DNA from: Hypanus sabinus
Taxonomy: Eukaryota
Assembly: GCF_030144855.1 (NCBI RefSeq)
Contig: NC_082712.1
Coordinates: forward strand, 58,528,001-58,592,000
DNA: 64,000 bases
Direction: 5' to 3'
Part shown: one piece after another, positions 12,844-25,057 of the stretch
How the letters are laid out: each line of letters opens with the position of its first letter
Position numbering within the stretch: position 1 is the stretch's first letter
The notes under the pieces: model-generated
Database searches by the model: none
The model's input: the letters and a program-made list of their open reading frames with translations, nothing else
What the model was told of the DNA's origin: nothing
Translations under genes and position numbers: made by a program

Positions 12844-13741
12844 CTACAAACATAAAATTGTCATCAGAATTAGTATCCAACCCTCCTAATAAAGAAGACA
12901 CGCACGTACTGACAGAAGGTGAAATAGGAAGTGGTAATTCAACTCCTCAATCTTTTGCCACTCAACACAGTCATTGCTGATTTAAACATACTTACCTTGA
13001 CTCTGTGTTCTTAACACATTGATTAGGGCGAAAGTAAAATAGGCTAAGTTGCTTTTAGATTTGTATCAGAATTAGCCAGTTCTACACTATGGTTATCCAC
13101 CTATAACATGACAGCATTTTCAATCTCTCCATAGATGCTGACTGATCTGCTGGGCATTTCCTACATTCTACATTTGATTTCAGGTCTCAGCAATGCACCT
13201 ACCTGCATTTCAGCTTTTACAAGTACCTTTATTTGTTTTCTCTTTATCTAACTGCCCTCATTAATAAATCATCCAGAAGGGTGCATTAGCAGTGTATCAC
13301 CCTGGCAATTTTGACCCCACACTTCGAGAAACATATCCTTAATCTTACCACCTCTACCCCACCCTCTCTGCCAATGTTTTCTCTCTTTCCCAATGAACAA
13401 TTTTTGATTTGTACTTCAGGGAGCGTGAAACGCAGAAACAAATATCACTGTGGTGATTGTACGCTCTAGTATCAATTGTTTGGTGACAATAAAGTAAAGT
13501 AAAACATTCCTCAACCTGAAATATTAACACTGTTTCTACATCCATAGATGTTGCTTGATCTACTGATTGTTTCCAGCATCCTTTTGACTTTTGAAATTTA
13601 CTTTAAATTATTAATTGAGTGGGAATCTACAGCATTCTGGAGAGAGAATTCCATGCTTCTAGATTTTACAGGAATAGTTGATTTCTCTCCTGAGTAGCCT
13701 ACCTGCTTTTGTCCTACATTGTCTTAGAACTATTTTGCCTC

Positions 13742-13954
13742 TGTGGTGAACTATGTGCCTGTCGGGACACGCCCCTGCTGACTGCTCCTGTGGCTCCTCC
13801 CACAGGCCCCTGTATAAAGGAGATCTGCGGCCTGACGCTCGGCCTCAGGCTCCAAGACCTTGTATGATAGACACTCACTCCTGGTTCCTTCTTCCAGTCA
13901 ATAAAAGCCGATATCTCGCCTTACGTCTCAGTGTGAGTTATTGATGGTGCATCA
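13742..13954 (+). mobile_element. Solo LTR (213 bp), copy 1
   Basis: TGTGGTGAA...GGTGCATCA termini; 5-bp TSD GCCTC (13737-13741 / 13955-13959); TATAAA 13813-13818 and AATAAA 13900-13905. Confidence 0.88.
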
Positions 13955-15434
13955 GCCTCTGAGTGGTCTCAGTCAACCCACCACTTAATCTTTCATATTC
14001 CAGTGGTAACAGGCCTAATTTCTGTAATTTCTCTCTGTCAACCAGACGGGTGACATTTGGGGAAACTATGCTGCACTTTGTTCAAGGCCCATTCATCTTT
14101 CCTATGTTGTGAAGCACAACAGTATGCACAGTTCTCCAGGTGATATCTAACCAGGGCTTTGCGTAGTAAAGCCCCGATTAGATATCATCTGGATAATTTA
14201 TTATGTTCTAGCCCTTTAATTATATATATAAAAAACATAACTCCGTAGATTTCTTGTTTGTGATTTTATTAAATGAAATTGAGTGGGAGATTTTTACCTA
14301 ATATTAACACCAGCATGCCACTATTGTAAAAACACACTAGGGCTTTAGTTTGTGCTTTTTAATGATAGTAATCAAAAAAGCATGCCCAGAAATTCTTTTT
14401 TAAAAGGTCTGGGATGTTTTAGGCTATTGAAACGTTGTTGGCAACACATCTGAAAAATATTAACCATGTGTTTTGCTTTTAAAATATTACTTACCAAGAT
14501 GGAGAATTTGACCACTGATCAATCGTATATGATGACGGATGCAAAACAGAACATGCTGGACAATAGTATATGTGTATAACTTGGGAGTTGGCAGTGGCCC
14601 AGAATATCAAAAATGCAAGCAGTAATGCATAGCCATAAGGATACAGGTATTTGTTATTATCATTGCCGATTTATTCTGAAAACTGAGAGTTAGTTCAAGA
14701 TTTTTTTCTGACAGACGTTCTGTTAAATAATGATAAGTCACAGAGTTGTGCAGGAAAGAAACAGGCCCTTCAGCCCACCATCTCCATGCTGACATCTTTG
14801 CCCATCGAGACTAATCCCACTTTTCTGTATCAGGACCAACTCCTTGCCTATTTAAATGCCAGGTCTAAAACCCTCTTAAATATAATAATCTAAAATAAAA
14901 CCCTGTAAAGAACCTTATATGAGAAGGATGTGGAGGCTTTGGAGAGAGTGCCAGAGTTTACCAGGATGGGTTTAAACATCGTGTGCAAAAAGCAAGTTTT
15001 CTGGAGCAGCAGAGGCTGAGAAAGACTTGGTAGAACTTTATAAAATTATGAAAATCATAAATAGGATAGATAGCTGTTATCTTTTTTCCCCAAGGTTAAA
15101 AAGTCTTAATACTAGAGGGCATGTGTTTAATGTGGAGTTTGGGGTGCCTGAAATATGCTGCCAGGGTGGTGGTGAAAGCAAGTTTGATAAAAGCATTTAA
15201 GAGGCTCATTGATGAGCACAGGGGCATACAAAAAATCAAAAGATAGGGACATTGTGTAGGCAAAATAAATTAGTTTATTTAGGTGTTTAATTACTAATTG
15301 ATTCAGTGGAGTATAATGAACCAAAGGTCCTGTCCTTGTGCTGTTCTTTCTTATGCCAGATGACCTATGAACCAAAAAAAAAGAAAAAATTGAGCCCTCC
15401 GTATTCTATCAATTCTGTATGAGTTCATACTCAC

Positions 15435-15602
15435 TCTTGACTTGTGGCGGCTGCACAAGCCCGAAAGTGTTCTGATTGCAGCCAGCATCATTTCTGGCTT
15501 CTTGGTTTCAATTAGCTGGATCAACAGACTAAGGCCGTTGTTTCCGAAGATCTTCTCAGCTCCTGCATCTTCCCTCGCAAGTACAATCAAGTTATTTGCA
15601 GC
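15435..15602 (-). CDS. unc45b: unc45b coding exon 5 (168 nt): AANNLIVLAREDAGAEKIFGNNGLSLLIQLIETKKPEMMLAAIRTLSGLCSRHKSR
   Basis: CAG acceptor and AGA|GTGAGT donor; central (armadillo-like) domain. Confidence 0.96.
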
Positions 15603-16129
15603 CTGGTAGAAGAAACCACATTTAGAGGAGGATTTAGGAGAGCATACAATAGATAGAGATGCAAAGTAAATGATTCATCAAGCACAAAAGGCTACCATGA
15701 ACTGTTGAAAGCCTTTCTTCCATCTGTGATCTGGAAGGTGAAGAGCCCCCGCCACTTTGCACAAGAACACAGAAATTAGGAGCAGGGGTAGGCCAGGAGA
15801 CCCTTCTCAACATCCCCGCCAGTTAATATGATCTTGGCAGATCTATGCTGGATCTAGTAAAAATCTCCTATTTTTAATCTCCAATTCCTTAGATAAAGGC
15901 CAAGATGACACTTGTCTTCTTAGCGACCTGTCTGCTGGCTTCTTGTGATTCGTGCTTTAGGACGTCTCATCAGAGCCAATGAGATTTCATCTGTGTACTG
16001 GAATATAGAACACACAGCTGCCATTGAGTTGCCGGCAAGCTTGCACAAACAGCAATGCATTCAAGTCTTAGCATCTGTGGTTGGGTGTAAATATTACGCT
16101 GCGAAATAGACATACTTCCCCCTCCTTCT

Positions 16130-16735
16130 GCAAAATGGGGGCTACTGGCTGCTCTGTGCAGGCACTACTTCCTCAGGAGGTCAAAAATTGTCACCATGTC
16201 CTCACGACTGTCACCAATTTTTATAGATGCTTCACTGAAAGCGCCCTACCCAGATGTGTCATGGCTTGGTGTGGTAACTGCTCGGCCCCAGACCACGTGA
16301 AACCGCGTTGTCATGGATGCCGATCAGCACATCACAAAAAACAGCCTCCCCTCTGTTGACTCTGTCTGTGCTTTTCACTACCTCAGTAAAGCAACCAACA
16401 CAATCAAAGACCCCACCCATGCTGAACGTTCTCTCTCCTACCAAATCCCCACCTTCATTGGGCAGAAGATACAAAAATCTTAAAGCATGTATCACCAGCT
16501 CAGGGAGAGTTTTGATCCTACTGTTATTGAACAATCCCTTTGTACGATAAGATGGCCTTGACCTCACAGTCTATCCCATTAAGGCCTTGTACTATATAAT
16601 CTATCTGCTCTACACTGCTATTGCTTTACTCTTGTACTTCCCCAGTGCACTGGTGTGAAGAAATATTCTGTATAGATCGCATGCAGAATAAAGTTCTTCA
16701 TTGCACGTTGGCACATGTGGCAATACTAAACTAAT
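16130..16735 (+). mobile_element. Rex1/Babar-like LINE 3' fragment
   Basis: TNFYRCFTESALPRCVMAWCGNCS; GRRYKNLKA. Confidence 0.78.
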
Positions 16736-16744
16736 TTAGATTTG

Positions 16745-17010
16745 GATTTTAGATTCAGAGATACAACACAGAATAGGGCCTTCCATCCATTTGAGCAGCA
16801 TTGCCCACTACCCCGATTTAACCTTAACTTAGTCACAATTTACAATGAATAATTAACCTACCCGGTAAGTATTTGGACTGTGGGTGGAAACAGGAGGACC
16901 CAAAGAAAACCCAAGCTTTCCTCAGGGACAATGTACAGAGACTCCCTACAGAGGATACTGGGATTGAACTCTGAACTCCGACACCCCAACCTGTTATAGC
17001 ATCGTGTGAA
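16745..17010 (-). mobile_element. V-SINE
   Basis: Reverse V core TTTGGACTGTGGGTGGAAACAGGAGGACCC. Confidence 0.75.
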
Positions 17011-17724
17011 CTGTGGCACTGATTTACCAGCTTAGCAATTTTTTTTACTATGAACTTTCTTGTACTCATTATTTAGACTATTAAGAGGCCTCTTAATAAC
17101 CCAATGAATGAAAATCAAAAACTACAGATGGTGAAAGTCAGAACTGAATACAGTAAATGCTGAAAACAGTAAGTCAGGCAGCCTGTACAGAAAGATGTTT
17201 AATGTCTCATCTAAAAGACGACAGTATTCCCCACATTGCAGGACAGTGGGAAAAGGTTAACATGAATGACAATACCTTCTTAGAGTGAAAGTAAAATACT
17301 TGTATTTTTATATTTCATCTCATGGCCTGAGAAACTCACAATGTTTATAGGCCAGGAAGTCTTTCTGAAGTGTGGGAACGTAAGACCATAAGATGGATGA
17401 GTAGAATTCGGCTATTCGATCCACTGATCATGGTAAATTTATTTGCCCTCTCAGCCCCATTCTACTGCCTTCGCCCCATAACCTTTGACACCATTACTAA
17501 TCACAAACCTATTAACTCCTGCTTTGAATATACCCAATGACTTGGCTTCCACAACCATCTTTGGCAGTGAATTCCAGAGATTCACTGCCCTCTGGCGAAA
17601 GAAATTCCTCTTCATTTGTGTTCTGAAGGAACGTCCTGAGGCTGTGCCTTGAATTTAAATAGAGCAAGCCTCCACTAGAAAGCAATGTGAGAGTGACCAA
17701 ATAATCTAGTTTTTTATGTTCACA

Positions 17725-18740
17725 AAGAACCATTGAACATTACAGCACAGAAACAGGCTTTTTGTCCCTTCTTGCCTGTGCCAAGCCATTTTTCTGCCTA
17801 GTCCCACTGACCTGCACCTGGGCCATATCCCTCCAAACCTCTCTCATCCATATACCTGTCCAAGTTTTTCTTAAATGTCAAAAGTGAGCCCACATTTACC
17901 ACTTCATCTGGCAGCTCATTCCACACTCCCACCACTCTCTGCGTGAAGAAGCCCCTCCTAATGTTCCCTTTAAAAATTTCCCCCTTCACCCTTAACCCAT
18001 GACCTCTGGTTTTTTTCTCCCCTAGCCTCAGTGGAAAAAGCCTGCTTGCATTCACTCTATCTATACCCATCATAATTTTATACACCTCTATCAAATCACC
18101 CGTCATTCTCCTACGCTCCAGGGAATAAAGTCTTAACCTATTCAACCTTTCTCTGTAACTCAGTTTCTCAAGTCCCGGCAACATCCTTATAAACCTTCTC
18201 TGCACTCTTTCAACCTTATTAATATCCTTCCTGGAATTAGGTGACCAAAACTGCATACAATACTCCAAATTCAGTCTCACCAATGTTTTTTTATAACCTC
18301 ACCATTTCATTCCAGCTCTTATACTCAATACTTTGATTTATAAAGGCCAATGTACCAAAAGCTCTCTTTATGACCCTATCTACTTGTGACACCACTTTTA
18401 GGGAATTATGTATCTGTTCTCCCAGATCCCTCTGTTCTACCACACTCCTCGGTGTCCTACCATTTACCTTGTATGTTCTACCTTGGTTTGACTTTCTGAA
18501 GTGCAATACCTCACACTTGTCCGCATTAATCTCCATCTGCCATTTTTCAGCCCATTCCTCCAACTGGTCCAAATCCCTCTGCAAGCTTTGAAAACCTTCC
18601 TCACTGTCCACTACACCTCCAATCTTTGTATCATCAGCAAATTTGCTGATCCAATTTGCCACATTATCATCCAGATCATTGATATAGATGACAAATAACA
18701 ATGAACCCAGTGCTGATCCCTGTGGCACACCACTAGTCAC
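17725..18740 (-). mobile_element. CR1 LINE 3' fragment (relatively young)
   Basis: SGVPQGSALG, KFADDTKIGG, LEYCMQFWSP, FFTQRVV. Confidence 0.93.
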
Positions 18741-19002
18741 GTGAGAGGGATTGGGTTTATTGTCTCCTTCCCCAGCAGATCAGCTTTTATATGACATCTG
18801 CAGTGGGCCTTGACCCAATATTCTTACTAAGAGGGGAATATATTTCCAAATTAGTCACAGGCTGATAACTCTGAATTTATTGGAAGTCAATGTGAAGCGA
18901 CAGTCATAATCCATAGCAATTCAATACTACCAGACAAAGACAAATTTCTCCCCTTGTTTCCCATCTTCAGGTAAAGAAAATCAGTCCAAGATTTAGACAA
19001 AC

Positions 19003-19092
19003 CTTTTCCTTCCTTTCTTTATCAATATTCTCATCCAGTAAAACTTCAAACATCCGTTCCACTCTCGAATCTGTGGAGAACTGAATTTTTAG
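19003..19092 (-). CDS. unc45b: unc45b coding exon 4 (90 nt): LKIQFSTDSRVERMFEVLLDENIDKERKEK
   Basis: CAG acceptor and AAG|GTTTGT donor; matches UNC45B LRVQFSTDSRVQKMFEILLDEN. Confidence 0.94.
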
Positions 19093-21554
19093 CTGTTGAA
19101 AGGGAAAAATACACATTGTCACTTGAAAGAATGTGAATAAAGTAATTAATTTGCTGACTTAGTCAGGCTTCTTTTTACTTTCCCTGTGAGAATGAAAATT
19201 CTCCCACAATCTGAGACCATGGACACAGATACTTTTTGATATAGGTTCTCCCCAGGTGAGAACGAGGCATAACAGGAGTTCACAATCTCAGACTGAATCA
19301 TTGTTGTATACATCAGTCTTACTCCCAACATTCAGTAGACTGATTCAGAGCTTGAGGAATGAAAGATTAATTTATTATTTGAAAAAAGTGCCTCTGTGCT
19401 GGTATTTACATTCCCTCTGAGATTTATTCATCCCACCTCATTACCAATCTCTTCTTCTCCATTTCGTACTCTCTGAAACACATCTGTTCTACAGACTGTC
19501 ACTCAATATCCTCCACATTTCCAGTGCCCTCTGGGTGAGGAAATGTCTCCTGAATTTCCTTTTGGGTTTATTAGTAAGTGTGTATTATCTATGGTCCCAT
19601 TTTGGGTACCTTTCTCAAAAGAAATTGTTTCATCCGTGTTTGTCCAAAGAACTTGTTTTTTAATGTTAAAAACTTCTCTCAAGACATCTCAATTTCCTCT
19701 TTTCTGGAGAAACAATCGCAGCCTTGTCAATCTTTTTGATGGTTATAACTTCTCAGTTCTGGTCTTATTCTTTCCCGGTCTGTCTCTAGGGGTTTGAAAT
19801 CAAATATAGAGACCAAGCCAGTGCACAGAAGTCCACGTGTAGTGCAGTCAATATTTGATGCATAATTTCATAGCAGCCCTGCTCTTTAATCCTCTCTCTC
19901 TGGGAATGAACCCCGTGGTTAGTATTCTCTCAGTGTGAAAAATTATGGATGCTGTAACAATGTTGAAATAGTTACTTTGGTCATAAGCCAATTAGAGCTA
20001 ATTCTAAGACATAGGACTAATTATATGCTTTCTTTATCTCTTTGCAAATTAAATAATGGTTGCCAACCATGAAACAAACAGAGCAACTTTCCAGCTACAT
20101 TAAACTGTGACACTGTAAAATATTACATAAAATAAGACTCACATTTCTACTGACTCACATTTTGAGTCAATAACCCAAAGCACTTGACAAACAATTAAGT
20201 GTTTTTGAAATGTAGTCACATTGTAACAGAACATAGATCAGTACAGCACAGTAACTGGCCATTCAGCCCTCAATGTTGTGCTGAACCAGCCAAAAAGCAA
20301 ATCAAAAACACCCACACACTAATAGCTCCGACTTACACAGCTGAAAATGTGGCAGTCAGTCACGTACAGCAAGCGATGTATTATAATAGAATAATGAGGA
20401 ATGTTTGAAATCTTCACTATTATATTAACCCTCTGGTTTTCATTTTACTTGGAAAAGCAGAACCCATTTTGGTCTGGAGCTCAGGAAGCATGGCAACACT
20501 CGTGGCTGCTCCCAGCACTTCCTCGCAATTTGATTTTGTGCAAATGGCACATTTCACTGTAGGTTTTGATGTGCATGTGACAAATACAGTTAATCTTTAT
20601 CTTTAAATCTTTATATACAAGTATGGTGAGGTACAGCTGCAATGAAAAACTTGCAGCAGCATCACAGGCATATAGGTCCAGACAACACACAGAATGTAAA
20701 TTATACAAGAGAGTGACGAGAAAAAAGACTATGCCTAAAGAATGCAAAAAAAACCGCATTCAGAGGGAAGCCCATGACAGAGCAGGAGGTGGTTCTGTTG
20801 TTGAGGTAGGATTAGGGTTGTGAATTAAGTTGCTTGTTTTTCAGTGGACTTGGATGTGTCCTGGTCCAATATCACAGATTATTTTCACTGAGTTGCAGAT
20901 GAACTCATTTTCTGATGGACACATTAAAAGCTATTCAACAACAAGTTAGATCGTATTTCATCTGGCACATCACCCATGCTTGTGTCCTGCACTTTTTGCA
21001 CAGTGCACTTACTTTATGCAGTCCTTTGGGTCTGACTTAGTGTGATCCACCTCTTGCCATCTCACAAGGCCAATTGTGCCTCAGATGGTGGCCACAGGTC
21101 ACCTTGTCACTCTGCTGCCATTAAAGGCCTTCAACTGCTTTTAAGTATTGATCCAGAGTTTAGAATGTTTAATTTATAAAAAATAAACTTCTAAGAATAT
21201 GAAGTACATTTTCTAATACTCCACTTAAGTGGGAAAAGTTACTTCAAAACGGCAGTAGTATCTTTTGAGTCAAGGATGACAACCTTGTGCAAAAGAATGT
21301 GTTGCAATACAACCGTCAGAAATGCCTGCCATGGAGCTAAGTAGCTAGTTGTGAAGTGGAGAGTCCAACAGCAGAGCTGCAGATCAGATGCACCAACATC
21401 TGAGGTTCAGTTTGTTCCTTACATCCACCCTTGCTACTCGCAGGCAGGAAGGTCAAGAATAAGCTGACCCCTACACAGTTCCCAGCTGATGATTCCCTAA
21501 GGAGCAGCTCCCAAGGATGAGCACAATTAACACTGCTCTCACTCTCACTCTCAC

Positions 21555-21730
21555 CTTCTCTTGAATATCATGATTCAGACGCCGCAAAGCTTCTTGAAAT
21601 GTTTTGTTCTTCGGTTCCATTGTTGCACATCTCTGGATGTCTTTAAAAGCTTGGTCCAGTTTCCCCAACTTCTCCAATGCTTGACTACGCCTGAAGAGAG
21701 CTTTGATGTCTGATGCGTCCACATCAATAG
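21555..21730 (-). CDS. unc45b: unc45b coding exon 3 (176 nt): [59 protein letters not shown]
   Basis: CAG acceptor and AAG|GTGAGA donor; TPR3 and linker; within ORF 21471..21722. Confidence 0.96.
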
Positions 21731-21799
21731 CTGGTAATAGAAGTAAACTATTGTTTATTCAGGTAAATACCTCAATTTATCACTGAAACCACAATTCCT

Positions 21800-22130
21800 A
21801 TTTACAACACAGAAAGCTAAGTAGCCCAAAGTGCTCGTTAGAGCAATCAACAGTAAAATTCAATGATCAGCCAAAAGGGCCGATGAGCAATGATGATCAA
21901 AGGCTTAGTATTAGCAATATTTAAGGACAGAGAGGCAAAGAGATTTAAGGAGGACATTCCAGAGTTTAGGGCCTTACCAGCTGAAGGCACAACTGCCAAA
22001 AACAATTTAAGTATATTTGAATGTAAGGAAAGGATCTGAATTGAAAAAACAGCAGATGACAATGTAGATGGGGATACAGTAGTACAGTATTTGAGAACTA
22101 GGCTGGAAGTTTTAAGAAATTAGATGACAA
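21800..22130 (-). mobile_element. Old L2-like LINE 3' fragment (related copy at ~590-830)
   Basis: Both places share TTCCAGAG[T/C]TTAGGGCCTT. Confidence 0.5.
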
Positions 22131-22148
22131 GAGATCATGAGACTTTAC

Positions 22149-22185
22149 CTTTGGAAGCATCTGATGCAGCAGGCACATAGTTTTC
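22149..22185 (-). CDS. unc45b: unc45b coding exon 2 (37 nt): ENYVPAASDASK+G
   Basis: AAG acceptor and G|GTAAAG donor. Phase fits both neighbours; matches UNC45B ESYVQAASDASR. Not in the ORF track. Confidence 0.93.
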
Positions 22186-22327
22186 CTTGAAAGAAGCAAA
22201 AAAAAAGTCTGGTTATGACCAGTGTTATTTAAATATGTGATGCAAATTGCAACGCATTTCACTCTATTAGACAAGAAGCATGAGCTTAATAAATATTACA
22301 GAGTTTTCTGAAAAAATGCCAATCCCA

Positions 22328-22630
22328 TAAATACAAGAATTTGTACAGATGCTGGAAATGTTGAGCAACACACACAAAATGATAGAGGAGCTCAGTAAGT
22401 CAGAAGTATCTATGGAGGGAAATGGCCATGTGACATTTTTGACTGAAACCTTTTGTCTGCACTGAAGGACAAAAGGAAAGATAGCCGGTATGAAGAGGTT
22501 AGATAAAGGGTAGAAGAAGAGCTGTCGAGCAAATGGATCCAGGTGTGGAGGGCTGATAGATAGATGGAAGAGGGAAGAATAGAAATAGTGAGAGAGGCTG
22601 GGAGGTGATCTGCATAAGCAACAAAGCACT
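22328..22630 (-). mobile_element. Penelope-like pLTR fragment (old)
   Basis: Same CAGATGCTGGAAAT...CAACACACACAAAATG terminal motif followed by purine-rich sequence. Confidence 0.65.
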
Positions 22631-22954
22631 GCGGGTGGCCCCCTCTATCTGCCTATTCCACCTCCCTTATTTGGTTCCCTGCTCCACCGAAGTGAAGCAA
22701 GAATGCAATTCATCACTACCACCTTGAATGATGGGTGTTAGATGGAGAACCTGTCAGATGCCTCCAATATGATCTCCTATCTTCACAAGAATGAGGGTAA
22801 TTATTTTAATTTCAATAAGTTTGATGTGGCATCTTTCTGTGTAAATTATTAGTGACCAAGTTTCCTACAGCACAACTGTGCTTCAACAGCATCAGGTGCT
22901 TTAAAAGGTTGGAGATGAAAGACAAATAATTTGCAATTCAGGCAGCATTGGTGT

Positions 22955-23912
22955 CTGTGTGGCTAAGTACAGCTCCAACACCATATACAAGTTTGCTGAT
23001 GACACCAGTATTGTGCAAGGGTGGTGACGAATCAGCATACAGGAGGGAGGTCGAAAATTTGTCTGAGTGGTATAATAACAACAAATTCATTCAATGTCAA
23101 TAAGACCAAGGATCTGATTGTTGATTTCAGGAGAAGGAAAGCAGAGGTCCATGAACCAGTAATCATTGGAGGATCAGCAGTGGAGAGAGGGTCAGTAACT
23201 TTAAATTCCTGGCTGTCACTAAATCTGAGGACCTGTTCTGGAACCAGTATGTAAATGCAATTGCAAAGAAAGCACAACAGCGCCTCTACTTCCTTGGAAG
23301 TCTGTGGAGATCTGGCATGTCATCGGAAACCTTGCCAAACTTCTATATACGTGTGGTGAAAAGTGTGACTGGCTGCATTACAGCCTGGTATGGGAGCACC
23401 AATGACTTTGAGTGGAAAATCCTAAAAATGGTAGGCCCAGTACATCAAGGGTAAAGCCCTCCCAACCATTGAGCATATATGAAATGTTGCCATAGAAAAG
23501 CAGCATCCATCATCAAAGATCCTCACCACCCAGGCCATGCTCTTTTCTCGCTATTGCCATCAGGTAGAAGGTAAAGGTGCCTCAGGACTCACACCACCAG
23601 GTTCAGGAACAGTTACTACCCCTCACCCATCAGGCTCCTGAACAAAAGGGATAACTACACTCATTCTATTTCTGTCATTCCCATAACCAATGGTCTCACT
23701 TTAAAGACTCTTTATCTTGTTATTTCATGCTCTCATTATTTATTTCTGTTTATTTATATTTGCATTTGCACAGTCTGTTGTTCACTGATCTGTTTACAGT
23801 TACAGTACTGTTCCATAGTTTTGTTAATTATGCCCGCAGGAAAAAGAAACTCAGGGTTGTATGTAGTGACATGTATGTACTCTGATCATAAATTTTACTT
23901 TGAACTTTGAAC
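22955..23912 (+). mobile_element. Rex1/Babar-like LINE 3' fragment
   Basis: YKFADDTSIV, NVNKTKDLIVDFRR, HHPGHALFSLLPSGRR; (TTTGAAC)n tail. Confidence 0.85.
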
Positions 23913-24391
23913 ATTTTTATGAGCTATCTGGGCCTCAGTGAATGATGAGATAAGCATTTCCAATCCTTAAATGGGTTTGTGGATTGAGAAGGATACATAC
24001 AAACACAGAAAAAATGGATAAGTTAGTGTCAAATAAAATATAGAAATCCAAAGAGAGCACAAACTTTAATTTAAATAACAGACTGAAAAGTAAGAAAGAT
24101 TTTTTTTTGTATTTTAAATGTGTTCAGAATTTTTAAAGAGGGGTTTACTAATGTAAGAACAAGATTGAACAATTACCATTGTTTCTTTTCTCTGCCGAGG
24201 ACATCATTTAATCCTTAGACTTAATTTCTACACTGAGTTCAAAGTTCAAAGTTTGAACTTTGACCTTGAAAACATTTTATCCCCAGACTTAATTTCAACA
24301 TTGTTGAGCTGAATGAACAATTAATGACCAACTCTAGAATGTTGAGAATTACATCAGGGAGGATGAGGTTAAGAGGTCACTTAGGTGAAGC

Positions 24392-25057
24392 ATGGTGGAG
24401 GATTACAAATACCTGGGGATACCAATGGACAATAAACTGGACTGGTCAAAGAACACTGAGGCTGTCTACAAGAAGGGTCAGAGCCGTCTCCATTTCCTGA
24501 GGAGACTAAGGTCCTTTAACATCTGCCGGACGATGCTGAGGATGTTCTACGAATCTGTGGTGGCCAGTGCTATCATGTTTGCTGTTGTGTGCTGGGGCAG
24601 CAGGCTGAGGGTAGCAGACACCAATAGAATTAACAAACTCATTTGTAAGGCCACTGAAGTTGTGGGGTGGAACTGGACTCTCTGACGGTGGTGTCTGAAA
24701 AGAGGATGCTGTCCAAGTTGCATGCCATCTTGGACAATGACTCCCATCCACTCCATAATGTACTGGTTAGGCACAGGAGTACATTCAGCCAGAGACTCAT
24801 TCCACCAAGATGTAACACTGAGCATCATAGGAAGTCATTCCTGCCTGTGGCCATCAAACTTTACAACTCCTCCCTCAGGGTGTCAGACACACTGAGCCAA
24901 TAGGCTGGTCCTGTACTAGATTCCACTGGGCATAACTTACTTATTATTATTTAATTATTTATGGTTTTTTAGTGCTATATTTCTACACTATTCTTGGTTG
25001 GTGCAACTGTAATGAAACCCAATTTCCCTCGGGATCAATAAAGTATGTCTGTCTGTC
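24392..25057 (+). mobile_element. Rex1/Babar-like LINE 3' fragment (young, different family)
   Basis: VEDYKYLGI...KKGQSRLHFLRRLRSF...FYESVVASAI; RKSFLPVAIKLYN; AATAAA followed by (TGTC)n tail. Confidence 0.88.

Noticed and set aside
13753-13944. Near-identical 63-76 aa ORFs here and at 59361..59591, suggesting a small gene family
   Set aside because: Both lie in copies of the same solo LTR. The similarity reflects the repeat, and LTR copy 2 does not keep the frame.
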